This document shows positions 40,601 through 49,197 of a DNA stretch of 64,000 nucleotides, one piece after another; the first letter of the stretch is position 1; each line of letters starts with the position of its first letter. This DNA comes from Planctomycetota bacterium (GTDB lineage Bacteria; Planctomycetota; UBA1135; UBA2386), in contig OZ245006.1 in NCBI GenBank assembly GCA_965223545.1, positions 4,000,001 through 4,064,000 of the forward strand. Reading direction: 5' to 3'. The position numbers were made by a program, and so were the translations under genes. The notes under the pieces were generated by a model that was given only the letters and a program-made list of their open reading frames with translations, was not told the DNA's origin and searched no databases.

Positions 40601-41413
40601 GAGCTGGCGTACGAGCTGCGCGGCCACAGCAGCGTCGTGCTTTCGCTGGACGTGGCTCCGGACGGAGACCGGCTGGTCAGCGCTGCGCACGACGGCGCCA
40701 TCAAGCTCTGGGATACGGCACGCATGCTCGAGGTCTACTCCTTCCCATCCCGGTCCGGGTGGGTCGAAGCGTGGTTCGGCGCTGGCGGTCGGTGTGTCTT
40801 GGGGCGGACCAAGTCAGGCGCGCTGCTGCGCCACGGCACTGGCGACGAGCGGTCGGACTCCCGCCGGCAACGGTGGCGGGCCTCGTCCGAGGTGGTGCGG
40901 GCCGCCGAGGAGCTGCTCGCCGAATGCGGTGGCGACGTCCGCGGCGCGCTCGACAAGCTCGGCGATGCCGGAGAATCCGACGCGCGGTTGACCATGCACC
41001 TGCGCCTGCTGCGCGGCGAGGAGCGCCACGTATTGCGAGACGCCTGGGACGTCGCGCTCGATCCCGAAGTCACTGCGGCCCGGGCACGCGCGGTGGTGCT
41101 CAGAATGACCGGCCTCGGCCGGGAGGTTGCCGGCCGGGCGGAGATCTGGCTGCTGCGCGCGTTCGCCAACTACCGGAACGGCTCGGACGGTCGCGTCGCT
41201 GCGGCGCTCAGCACTCTACAGGCACGGAACGTGTCGACCGACGTGCCCCGGCTCGAGCAGGCGCGGCTCGCGGTCTTGGCGTTGGCGGCGAACAAGGCCG
41301 GCCACACCGAGATGGCGCAGAGCGCCTTCTTGGAGCTCGAGCGCCACGTCCGTACGCACGACCTCGCGGTGCCGCGATCCTTGGTCGACGAGGTTCGTGC
41401 GGCAATGAAGTAG
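37661..41413 (+). CDS. Ser/Thr protein kinase with a hydrophobic helix and WD40 repeats
   Basis: LGQGGMSEVY, VAIK, HRDLKPANV, DFG, GTLGYIPPE, DVYALG; WD40 repeats GHS..V..L..P.G..LVSA..D...[RK].WD. Confidence 0.92.
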   Translation: MSLEPEHERRALRVLGEVLDVPPSELPTRLAELCGGDARLRRRVEDLLGHAAAGAPPLADGGEWLGDLLPDEPPRISGKIGSYEILEPLGQGGMSEVYRARQAEPARDVAIKILRHGLLDANARRRFQNEAHLLAHLRHPNIAEVFDAGVHTECTSTGVRELPYLVLECVGGARTIVDYAEQESLSLRARLRLLADVARAVHHGHQNGVIHRDLKPANVLVGRDGRAKVIDFGVARVVQGDLTPQTVMTLAGQVVGTLGYIPPELLAGEVEVADVRADVYALGAMAYQLVLGTLPFAVDGLSIAEAARRVTTTVPIRPRARRPSLDPDLEGVLWQAVARDPADRYATADAFAEDLERWLRHEAVAARRPGLLRRLRLFVRRDPSLAGAMAAIAALLLLGALTIAVLQALARADSEAKAREVTAAKELAEFRLSVASVATAQVALQRGDLALAQHHLTAVPTAHRQLEWHILHHAANQHVREFALDTEREDRLVRDFRAFVAIHPDGEHLYTAAGTRLRRIEIDTGRVVARHRSDAAFRLPIAIAGDGGRLVADSFPATNLWSAHPITPLPRFTSLKPKCIAISPDSTRVVQATYRGWLHSGSADGSHVRDVFVPAGVDALVWPGRANACYMLSGESLLRFDPSSLALAEVCSLGAPARPLLAASADGSTLATVVRGVIQGIDTASGAGTFSLPVVDSVRALALCPDARLLAAGFENGGILIQGLPPDEGPRIIAGHSRPVTDLVFHPAGGLLVSAGADDVARVWDPYRPPPATAVDRHLGFLERGPGHCVHGEAAGRIVSRGEDAVVRVFAADDLSPLSAVLDAGDVGPLLAFEPGTGLLLTAGPGLEVQARETLDLSVVRTVAAPFRPQQLVFAPGGRTCVIARGARLQRLDWRETRAGWSIRPRPDHRVRAIRWSADGTRIAISCGTEVLLVDAHDGSVMHLAEHPSVVRALCFLRGGELLAAAGDDGLVRVWQTARSELAYELRGHSSVVLSLDVAPDGDRLVSAAHDGAIKLWDTARMLEVYSFPSRSGWVEAWFGAGGRCVLGRTKSGALLRHGTGDERSDSRRQRWRASSEVVRAAEELLAECGGDVRGALDKLGDAGESDARLTMHLRLLRGEERHVLRDAWDVALDPEVTAARARAVVLRMTGLGREVAGRAEIWLLRAFANYRNGSDGRVAAALSTLQARNVSTDVPRLEQARLAVLALAANKAGHTEMAQSAFLELERHVRTHDLAVPRSLVDEVRAAMK

Positions 41414-41512
41414 GACGGCACGAAATCACGGCGCCGCCGGCCTTGGCGAAGTCGGAACCGCGGCAGCCTCGGGTTGCTCGGGTCGGCGTCCGAGTGCGAT
41501 CATGCCGCCGCG

Positions 41513-41623
41513 ATGTACAAGACGCTCAAGCCGTCCGAGATCGTGCGGACGACGGCGCAGCTTCACCAGCGCATCTTGGAGCACTCCACCCCGAACCTCG
41601 ACATCGGAGCGTCCCGTGCCTAG
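41513..41623 (+). pseudogene. 36-aa ORF overlapping the sheath start; possible gene remnant or leader peptide
   Basis: MYKTLKPSEIVRTTAQLHQRILEHSTPNLDIGASRA*; mostly GC3-rich codons. Confidence 0.3.
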
Positions 41624-43211
41624 CCATTCACACCCGGGGGTCTACATCGAAGAGATTCCCGATGGCGATCACCCCATTGCCGGCGTGACCACGTCGGCCT
41701 CCGCCTTCGTCGGCAACTTCTCACGGGGGCCCATGAACCGAGCGGTGCGGATCACCAGCTATTCCGCCTTCGAACGCGAGTTCGGCGGTCTGCGGCGCGA
41801 CAGCGAGGCCTCGTATGCGATCCGGCAGTACTATCACAACGGTGGCGATGTCGCTTGGGTCGTCCGCGTGGCTTCGGGAACGCCGTTGCGCGCGAGTCGT
41901 ACGTTCGCCGGCGCCAACAAATCCGCCTTTACCGCGAGGGCGAGCAGCGAGGGCCGCTGGGGCGATCGTGTGCAGGTCGGCATCACGCCGACCGCGGGCT
42001 CGACAGACCGCTTCGACCTGGCCGTGCGCGAGGTCGTGGACTCCGCGGCGGGCTTGCAGGTCGTGCATTCCGAGGCCTACGCGAGTGTGTCGATGACGCA
42101 GGATGACGCGCGCTACGTCCAGCGCGTGTTGGCGGCGAGCCGCTTGATCGACGTGTCCGTCGACAACCCCGGCGAGCTCCCGGTCGCGACGGGAACCGGG
42201 GATGTGACCAACGTGGCGAGCTTGAACGACCCCGACAGTGCGTCGTTCGTCGGACTGGCGGTGAGCGGCGGCACTGCCGGTGACGATGGCAACCCCCCCG
42301 ACGCTGCCGCGATCATCGGGAGGCCGCAGCCCGCCACGGGCATGCAGGCCCTTGGAGAGATTGGGCCGGCCGTCTTCAACGTTCTCTGTATTCCGGATGC
42401 GGCCCGGCTGCACGCGACCTCGGCAACTTCCTACCGCGACGTCGTGACCGCGGGAGAGGACCTCTGCCTCGCCCACCGCGCGTTCTTCGTGGTCGATCCC
42501 CCGGCAAGCGTCACCACCGCGGCAGCGATGTCCGGCTTCGCCAGCGGCGGCGACCTACCGCGGCACCGCAACGCCGCGGTCTACTGGCCACGGCTGGAGA
42601 TTCCCGATCCCCTCGACGAAGGCCGGCTGCGCAACGTCGGCGCGAGCGGGACGATCGCCGGTGGCATTGCGCGGACCGACGCTGCGCACGGCGTGTGGAA
42701 GGCGCCGGCGGGTCTGGAGTTCGGGCTGCGCGGTGCCAGCATCGCGACGGGCGTCGACGATCGCGGCAACGATGCTCTGAACCGGATCGCCGTCAACGTG
42801 CTGCGCACGTTTCCCTCCTATGGCGCGGTTTGCTGGGGGTCGCGCACGCTCGATGGCGCGGATACGCGAGCTTCCGATTGGAAGTACGTGCCGGTGCGGC
42901 GGACGGCGCTGTTCATCGAGCAATCGTTGCTGCACGGTCTGCGGTGGGTCGTGTTCGAGCCGAACGACGAGCAGCTATGGGCGCGGATTCGGCGCGGCGT
43001 CGGCACGTTCCTACAAGGCCTCTATCAACAGGGCGCCTTCCCCGGGTCCGCGCCGGGCCAGGCGTACTTCGTCCGGTGCGACTCGAGCACCACGACGCAG
43101 GCCGACATCGACCAAGGCATCGTCAACGTCGAGGTCGGCTTCGCGCCGCAGAGGCCTGCGGAGTTCGTGGTGATCAGAGTCCAACAGAGGGTCCTTCAAG
43201 ATCGGTCGTGA
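41616..43211 (+). CDS. Contractile phage-tail/eCIS-type sheath protein
   Basis: PGVYIEEI, SAFVG..RGP, YYHNGG..AWVVRV, GVWKAPAG, WGSRTL, WKYVPVRR, WVVFEPNDEQLW, AYFVRCD, GFAPQRPAEFVVI; GGAG upstream of GTG 41616. Confidence 0.93.
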   Translation: MPSHSHPGVYIEEIPDGDHPIAGVTTSASAFVGNFSRGPMNRAVRITSYSAFEREFGGLRRDSEASYAIRQYYHNGGDVAWVVRVASGTPLRASRTFAGANKSAFTARASSEGRWGDRVQVGITPTAGSTDRFDLAVREVVDSAAGLQVVHSEAYASVSMTQDDARYVQRVLAASRLIDVSVDNPGELPVATGTGDVTNVASLNDPDSASFVGLAVSGGTAGDDGNPPDAAAIIGRPQPATGMQALGEIGPAVFNVLCIPDAARLHATSATSYRDVVTAGEDLCLAHRAFFVVDPPASVTTAAAMSGFASGGDLPRHRNAAVYWPRLEIPDPLDEGRLRNVGASGTIAGGIARTDAAHGVWKAPAGLEFGLRGASIATGVDDRGNDALNRIAVNVLRTFPSYGAVCWGSRTLDGADTRASDWKYVPVRRTALFIEQSLLHGLRWVVFEPNDEQLWARIRRGVGTFLQGLYQQGAFPGSAPGQAYFVRCDSSTTTQADIDQGIVNVEVGFAPQRPAEFVVIRVQQRVLQDRS

Positions 43212-43314
43212 GCCAAGTGGTCGAGTCGGGGAACGTCGGTTGGGAGCGTGACATGGACGTCACTTTGCCCTGAGCCGCGGGCGGGTCGGTCGCATACCGT
43301 GGGCCCGCCACCAA

Positions 43315-44124
43315 ATGCGAGACGGGCCTCCGACCTCCACCGCCGGTCCTTCGACCGGACGCACCCTGCTGCGCGCCGCCGTCCGCGTGGCCTGGGTGCG
43401 GTTGCGCGACGCGATCCGCGATCTCCTGCCGGTGTTCGTGGTCATCGGTGCGTTTCAGCTGTTGGTCGTGCGGCAGCCGCTGCCGGATCTCTTGGGAGTG
43501 CTCGGCGGCGTGGTCGCCGTGGTGGCGGGGTTGGCGTTGTTCGTGCACGGGCTCGAGCTGGCGCTGTTTCCGCTCGGTGAGTCGATGGCCGACGCGCTCG
43601 CGGCGAAGGGCAGTCTGGTGTGGCTGCTGGTGTTCGGCTTCGTGCTCGGCTTTGCGACGACGGTGGCCGAGCCGAGCTTGATCGCGGTCGCGGCAGAAGC
43701 GGCCGAGGTCGTCGGCGGGGTGGGGCTGATCGGGGGCGGAATGCCAGAACGCGACGGCTTCGCGCTGCAGCTTCGGCTCACGGTCGCGGTGTCGGTCGGT
43801 TTGGCCGTGGCGCTCGGCGTGCTGCGGATCGCGATGGGATGGCCGGTGCATCTGGTGGTCATCGCTGGCTATGCCGTCGTGATCGCCCTGACCCTGGTGG
43901 CGCCCGCCGAGGTCGTCGGCATCGCCTACGACTCCGGTGGCGTGACGACGTCGACGGTGACCGTGCCGCTGGTCACCGCACTCGGCGTCGGTCTGGCCTC
44001 GGCGATCCGCCGGCGCGATCCGATGATCGACGGCTTCGGCCTGATCGCGTTCGCGTCACTGCTGCCGATCATCTTCGTGCTGGGCTTCGGCATCGTCCGC
44101 TTCGGTCTGCAGGGGGGTGCGTGA
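43315..44124 (+). CDS. DUF1538-family membrane protein
   Basis: [49 protein letters not shown]. Confidence 0.88.
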   Translation: MRDGPPTSTAGPSTGRTLLRAAVRVAWVRLRDAIRDLLPVFVVIGAFQLLVVRQPLPDLLGVLGGVVAVVAGLALFVHGLELALFPLGESMADALAAKGSLVWLLVFGFVLGFATTVAEPSLIAVAAEAAEVVGGVGLIGGGMPERDGFALQLRLTVAVSVGLAVALGVLRIAMGWPVHLVVIAGYAVVIALTLVAPAEVVGIAYDSGGVTTSTVTVPLVTALGVGLASAIRRRDPMIDGFGLIAFASLLPIIFVLGFGIVRFGLQGGA

Positions 44125-44924
44125 TCGCGGTCGCCGACCTGCTGGCGACGCTGGTCGCTACCGGGCGCGATGTGGTGCCGATCGTCGCGGTGCTGGTCGT
44201 GTTCCAGGCGTTCGTGCTGCGCCAGCCGCTGCCGCACTTGCCCCGGCTGATCTTCGGCAGCATCTGCGTGCTGATCGGCCTGGCGCTGTTTCTGATCGGC
44301 CTCGAGTTGGCGTTGTTCCCCGTCGGTCGCGCGATGGCGCAGCAGCTGTCCGGCCCGCAGTTCGTGTTCGGCACCGACCACGCGCCGGCCGACGCCGCGT
44401 GGCACGCCTACCTGTGGGTCTACGCGTTCGCGGCGCTGCTGGGCATCGCGACCACGATTGCCGAGCCATCGCTGCTGGCGGTTGCGCTGAAAGCCGAGGC
44501 CGTGTCGCGCGGCAACCTGCGGCCGTGGCCGCTGCGCATCGCGGTCGCCCTCGGAGTGGGAGCGGGTGTGTTGCTCGGCACCTGGCGCATCGTCACTGGC
44601 ACGTCGTTGGTGCTGTGCATGGTGATCGGCTACGTCCTGGTGATCGTGCAGACCGCGTTCGCTCCGCGCAGCATCGTGCCGCTCGCCTACGACTCCGGCG
44701 GGGTGACCACCTCGACCGTCTCGGTGCCGATGATCACCGCCCTCGGGCTCGGTCTGGCGAGCACGGTGCCCGGTCGCAATCCCGCCATCGACGGCTTCGG
44801 CCTGATCGCGATGGCCTCTCTGTTCCCGATGATCACGGTGATGGGCTACGCCCAGCTCGTCGCCTTCCGTGCCGGCCGGCGTGCGCGCGCCTGGCGCCAA
44901 CTCGGCCCCCGACCCCGCGCATGA
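44121..44924 (+). CDS. DUF1538-family membrane protein (paralog)
   Basis: [49 protein letters not shown] overlap. Confidence 0.88.
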   Translation: MIAVADLLATLVATGRDVVPIVAVLVVFQAFVLRQPLPHLPRLIFGSICVLIGLALFLIGLELALFPVGRAMAQQLSGPQFVFGTDHAPADAAWHAYLWVYAFAALLGIATTIAEPSLLAVALKAEAVSRGNLRPWPLRIAVALGVGAGVLLGTWRIVTGTSLVLCMVIGYVLVIVQTAFAPRSIVPLAYDSGGVTTSTVSVPMITALGLGLASTVPGRNPAIDGFGLIAMASLFPMITVMGYAQLVAFRAGRRARAWRQLGPRPRA

Positions 44925-44933
44925 GGACACCGC

Positions 44934-45290
44934 ATGCAGTTCCACCTCATCGTCTCCGCCGTCAAGCCGAACTACACCGATGCCGTCGTCGATGCCGCGA
45001 AGGCGGCCGGCGCGACGGGCGCGACGATCATCCCGGCGCGCGGCTCGGGTGTGCGCGAGGCAAAGACGTTCTTCTTCTTGGCCCTCGATGTGCAGTCGGA
45101 CGTGATCCTGTTCCTGTTGGCCGAGCCCCTGGTCGAGCCGGTACTGGACGCCATCAACCGCGCGGGGGAGTTCGACAAACCGGGCACCGGCATTGCCTTC
45201 GTCATCCCGGTCGAACGGACGATCGGTCTCGAGAGCCAGATCCGCAGTCTGGGAAAGGACGGTGCGGACGGAGAAGGCGGGCCGTCGTAG
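44934..45290 (+). CDS. P-II-like regulator
   Basis: AAKAAGATGATIIPARGSG, PGTGIAFVIPVE..IGL. Confidence 0.88.
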   Translation: MQFHLIVSAVKPNYTDAVVDAAKAAGATGATIIPARGSGVREAKTFFFLALDVQSDVILFLLAEPLVEPVLDAINRAGEFDKPGTGIAFVIPVERTIGLESQIRSLGKDGADGEGGPS

Positions 45291-45344
45291 CCACCCGACA
45301 GGCCGGCGAGCGATTTCCGGTCACGGCGGAGCGCCTCGTGTCTC

Positions 45345-48248
45345 ATGGCCCGCACCGTGACCGGACCACGACGACCGACGGATGTGCGCGACCTGCTCGC
45401 CGAAGTCGCCTGGCTGCGGCGGCTCACGCGCGCGCTCACCGACGACGCGCTCGCCGCCGACGACCTGGCGCAGGACACGCTGGCCGCCGCCGTCGCCCAG
45501 CCACCCGGCCTGCACGGCGATCGGCTGCGCGCGTGGCTGCGGCGCGTCGCGCAGCGTCGCCGGTGGCGCGCGCAGGCGCGTGAGCGGCAGCGCTGCGCGG
45601 TCGAGCGCGCCGTGGCCCGGCCCGAGCGTGCCGCCGACGACCGCTTGGACGCGGCGCGGTGGCTGCACGACGCGGTCGCGGCGCTGCCCGAGCCGTACCG
45701 CACCGCGGTGACGCTGCGCTTCTTCGACGAGCTGTCGCCGCGGCAGCTGGCGCAGCGCCTCGGGATCTCGCCGGCGGCGGCGCGGCAGCGCGTGCACCGC
45801 GGTCTGGTGCTGTTGCGGCAACGCCTCGAGCGGCAGCCGCGCGGCGCCGAACGCCTCGCCGCGGCTCTTCTTCCCGCCCCCTTGCCCCTGCTGGCCATCA
45901 TGTCCGCGAAGCTCACCCTCCTCGGCCTGGGCGCCACCGCCGTGGCTGCAGCCGTTCTTCTCTCGCTGTGGTCGGGCGATGCCCCCGCTGCCTCGGCCCC
46001 CGAAACGCCGCCGGCGGCCGCAGGCGTGGCGGCGACCGCCGCCGCATCGGCGGCGCCTGCCGGTCCGGTGCGGCGCGCGCTCACCGACCGAGCGGCACCG
46101 ACCGCGACGGCAACCGCCGTTCTGCGCGTGCTCGGTCCGGCCGGCGCGCCGGCGCTGGGCGCGCGGGCGGCGTGGCGCGACGAGACGGGTGCACTGCACG
46201 CGCTGCCGCTCGCCACGGACACCGCCACCGCCCCACTGCCGCCGAACGCTCAGGGTTGCCGGCTCTATGCGGGCGCCCCGGGCTGCGTCACGACCTCCGC
46301 GCAGGTTCCGGCCCAACCCGCCGATGTCACGCTCCGGCTGGCGGCCGGCGCGACGGTGCGCGGCCGCGTGGTGGAGCGCGAGGGGCCGGCCGTCGACCTG
46401 CGCCTGCACATCGCGGCGGCCGCCGGCAACGTCGCGCGGGTCGAGGGCACGGCACTGCGCGCCGCCCTCGCCGAGCTCGGGCTCGCCGGCGTTCCCGACA
46501 CAGTGCTCACCGACGCGAGCGGTGCGTTCGTCATCGACGACGTGCCCAGCGATTGGCGTGGTGTGGTGCACGTGCCCAACACGCACGTCCTCTACCGCGT
46601 CGACGGCATCGCGGTCGAAGGCCTCGAACGCAGCACCCTGCACGCGCAAGGCGCATTGCGCGCGGGTGGCGACCACCTCTTGGAGACCCTGCGGCGACCG
46701 TGCGTGCGCGGCGTCGCGCAGCACCTCGGCAGCGGCGCGCCGTTCGTTGGCAAGCTGACGGCAACGCTTGTCGATCGCGACGACGCACAGGGCGGCGTGA
46801 TCTGGTTCGAGAACACCGACACAGCCGGGCACTTCGCGTTCGGCTTGCCGGTGCCGTTGACGGAGCTGCTGGACCCCACCGGCGTGCCGCCGCGCTTCGA
46901 CGCCGTGACGCTCGCGTTCCGCGGCGTCGCCGGCGGCCCGCTGACGTTCGATCTCGCCGGCCGGTCGATACCGATCGATCTCGGCGTCGTCGAGATCGGT
47001 GGCGTCGCGCGGGCGTTGCGCGTGCTCGACGCCGGCGGTGCCCCGTTGGCCGGTGCCGTGGTGGTCAGCGCTGGCGAGACCGCCACCACCGGCGAGGACG
47101 GCGCGGCGACGCTCGGCGTCGCTGCCGGCGGGGAGATCGAGGTCACCGCCGCCGGTCACGGTTGGCTGCGCGTCACCGTGCCGGTTGGGTCCGCGCCGTA
47201 CGAGGTGCGGCTGCCGGCTGCGCCGAGTCTGCGGCTCAGCGCCGGTGACCCCGACGCGCGGCTGGTGGTGCGCTGGAAGAGATCGCCGTTCTGCCTTCCC
47301 GAGCGGCCGACGGCGCCGTTCGCGTTTCAGCGGAGCCGCGGCGACAGCCCCTCGCTGACGTGGAGCGCGGACGGCGCCGGCGCGTGGACCATGCGCCCCG
47401 GCCTGCTGGTCGGCTTGGTCCCGGGCGCGGTGCTCGAGGCCGGCGTCGCCGACCTACTGGGCACGCCGCTCGGGTTGCGCACCTTGGTGGTCCCCGCCGC
47501 CGCGGGGGTGCACGACGTGGCGCTACCGGACGCCGCCGGCCACGTGCTCACGATCACGGTGACCGGCTCCGACGCAGTCCCCCTTGCCGACGCCGCTGTG
47601 TTCTTCGGCAACGCGACGCGCGGCCGTTCGCTGCGCACCGACGCCACCGGTCAGGTCGCGATTGCGCCGTTGGCCGCGGGCCGATTGCGGGGCTACGTGC
47701 AGGCCCGCGGGTACGTCCCGCACCACTTCTCGGTCGACCTCACCGCCGACCGCGCGCTGCGCATCGAGCTCTTGCCGGCGCACGCGCTCGCGGTGCGCGT
47801 GGTCGACAGCCGCGGCAAGGTGTGGACGCCGGCGAAGGTCGAGGTGCAAAGCCCGGACGGGACTCCGTACCAGCTCGAGGCGCTGCCGCCGCGACCCCTC
47901 ACGGTGCGCGCGAGGTTGGGCACGCGGAGCTACGAGATCGCCGTCGGCCCGCAGCAGACCGAAGTGACGCTTGCCGTGCCGGCGCACGGCGCGCTGCGCA
48001 TCGTCGGCGGGGAGAACGACGGCGGCGGCCGGCTGACGGCGACGATCGAAGCCGAGGACGGCCGAAGAGCCGTGGTGACCGCTGCCGCTGACGGCGGCTT
48101 GATGGTGCCACTATTGCCCGGCCGCTACCGGCTGCGGCTGGAGCGGGTGCGCGGCGGCGCGTTCGGCGTCCCCCGTACCGCCGACGTGGTGCTGGAGCGA
48201 ACCGTCGAGATCCGCGCCGGGGAGACCTTGCGCCTCGCCGCGGAATAG
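45345..48248 (+). CDS. ECF sigma factor fused via a TM helix to a large carboxypeptidase-regulatory-like/beta-sandwich extension
   Basis: Sigma2 (WLRRLTRAL..AADDLAQDT) and sigma4 (LPEPYRTAVTLRFFDELSPRQLA..RVHRGL); hydrophobic 'LTLLGLGATAVAAAVLLSLW'; repeats 'V.D..G.PL.GA.V' and 'TD..G.F'. Confidence 0.85.
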   Translation: MARTVTGPRRPTDVRDLLAEVAWLRRLTRALTDDALAADDLAQDTLAAAVAQPPGLHGDRLRAWLRRVAQRRRWRAQARERQRCAVERAVARPERAADDRLDAARWLHDAVAALPEPYRTAVTLRFFDELSPRQLAQRLGISPAAARQRVHRGLVLLRQRLERQPRGAERLAAALLPAPLPLLAIMSAKLTLLGLGATAVAAAVLLSLWSGDAPAASAPETPPAAAGVAATAAASAAPAGPVRRALTDRAAPTATATAVLRVLGPAGAPALGARAAWRDETGALHALPLATDTATAPLPPNAQGCRLYAGAPGCVTTSAQVPAQPADVTLRLAAGATVRGRVVEREGPAVDLRLHIAAAAGNVARVEGTALRAALAELGLAGVPDTVLTDASGAFVIDDVPSDWRGVVHVPNTHVLYRVDGIAVEGLERSTLHAQGALRAGGDHLLETLRRPCVRGVAQHLGSGAPFVGKLTATLVDRDDAQGGVIWFENTDTAGHFAFGLPVPLTELLDPTGVPPRFDAVTLAFRGVAGGPLTFDLAGRSIPIDLGVVEIGGVARALRVLDAGGAPLAGAVVVSAGETATTGEDGAATLGVAAGGEIEVTAAGHGWLRVTVPVGSAPYEVRLPAAPSLRLSAGDPDARLVVRWKRSPFCLPERPTAPFAFQRSRGDSPSLTWSADGAGAWTMRPGLLVGLVPGAVLEAGVADLLGTPLGLRTLVVPAAAGVHDVALPDAAGHVLTITVTGSDAVPLADAAVFFGNATRGRSLRTDATGQVAIAPLAAGRLRGYVQARGYVPHHFSVDLTADRALRIELLPAHALAVRVVDSRGKVWTPAKVEVQSPDGTPYQLEALPPRPLTVRARLGTRSYEIAVGPQQTEVTLAVPAHGALRIVGGENDGGGRLTATIEAEDGRRAVVTAAADGGLMVPLLPGRYRLRLERVRGGAFGVPRTADVVLERTVEIRAGETLRLAAE

Positions 48249-48309
48249 CGATTGCGGGGCGCCGCGCGCCGCGGGCGAGCTTGGCATGACGCTTGCGAGG
48301 GTGTCGGAG

Positions 48310-48933
48310 ATGAGACTCCTCCCGACGATCTGCCTCTTGGTCTTGGCGCCCACCACCGCCGCCCAGGGCTGGCACGGATCCTGGCACGGCGGGCATCACC
48401 GCGGCCATTGCGGGCCCGGCAGCTACGGCTACGCCCCGCAATACGGCATCGTGCCGTATTACGCGCCGGGCGGATTCAGCCCGGCCACGCTGCAGTACGC
48501 GTACGCCTCCAAGGAAGCGCGCTCGTACCTACTTTGGGCCAGTCGTACCGCCCAGATGAGCCAACGGCCGAATCTGCGGGTGTATCGCCAGCAGGTCACG
48601 GTGGGTGCGCGGCAGGGCACGGTGACCGGCGATGCCGCGGTGCCGGGTTCGGTTTGGGTCGCGGGCGTCGGATCCCTGGAGCGCGCGGCCAAAGCCGCGA
48701 AAGCAGACGGTGCTCAAGCGGCGACGCCGCGGCTGGCGTCTGCGGAGACCCCGGCAGCCCCCACCGTGCGGCGCATCGACGCGGCCAACGCGAAGCGGCT
48801 GCGCCGCGAATACCTGGCGCGGCAAGAGGCGAAGTCCTCGAGCAAGCCCGAGGTGCAGTCGCCGCGGCCCGTGGCGCCGCAGCAGAAGACGATGCCCCAA
48901 TTGGCGGGGCAGCGTGCGCGTTCGAGGCGGTAG
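48310..48933 (+). CDS. Hypothetical secreted protein with a G/H/Y-rich N-terminus
   Basis: Signal-like MRLLPTICLLVLAPTTAAQ followed by GWHGSWHGGHHRGHC; fills the gap between genes. Confidence 0.55.
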   Translation: MRLLPTICLLVLAPTTAAQGWHGSWHGGHHRGHCGPGSYGYAPQYGIVPYYAPGGFSPATLQYAYASKEARSYLLWASRTAQMSQRPNLRVYRQQVTVGARQGTVTGDAAVPGSVWVAGVGSLERAAKAAKADGAQAATPRLASAETPAAPTVRRIDAANAKRLRREYLARQEAKSSSKPEVQSPRPVAPQQKTMPQLAGQRARSRR

Positions 48934-48969
48934 TCGCCAGCGTCGGTCGCCGGCGACCCCGCGTGGCTC

Positions 48970-49173
48970 TTAGAACATCGTGTAGATGAACGGAGCCGCG
49001 CCGGTCGAGCCCAAGACGAGGGCGACGCCGAGGATGCCGAACACGATCAGGAACGGCAGCAGCCACCATTTTGCGTTCTCCCGCATGAAGCCGAAGAACT
49101 CACTCACGAGGCCGCCGCTACCGGCTTCCGTCGCCTCGAGAAAGGACTGCTCGTTGTTTTCGTTGGTGGTCAT
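48970..49173 (-). CDS. DUF5989/SxtK-like small membrane protein
   Basis: EFFGFMRENAKWWLLP....APFIYTMF signature. Confidence 0.88.
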   Translation of the reverse strand: MTTNENNEQSFLEATEAGSGGLVSEFFGFMRENAKWWLLPFLIVFGILGVALVLGSTGAAPFIYTMF

Positions 49174-49197
49174 ATCGCGGTGGATGCAAGGGTCGCT

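Noticed and set aside
41414..43314. Prophage, tailocin or T6SS locus
   Set aside because: Only the sheath is present. No capsid, terminase, integrase, tube or baseplate genes are visible, and the protein is single-chain phage/eCIS type, not TssB/TssC.
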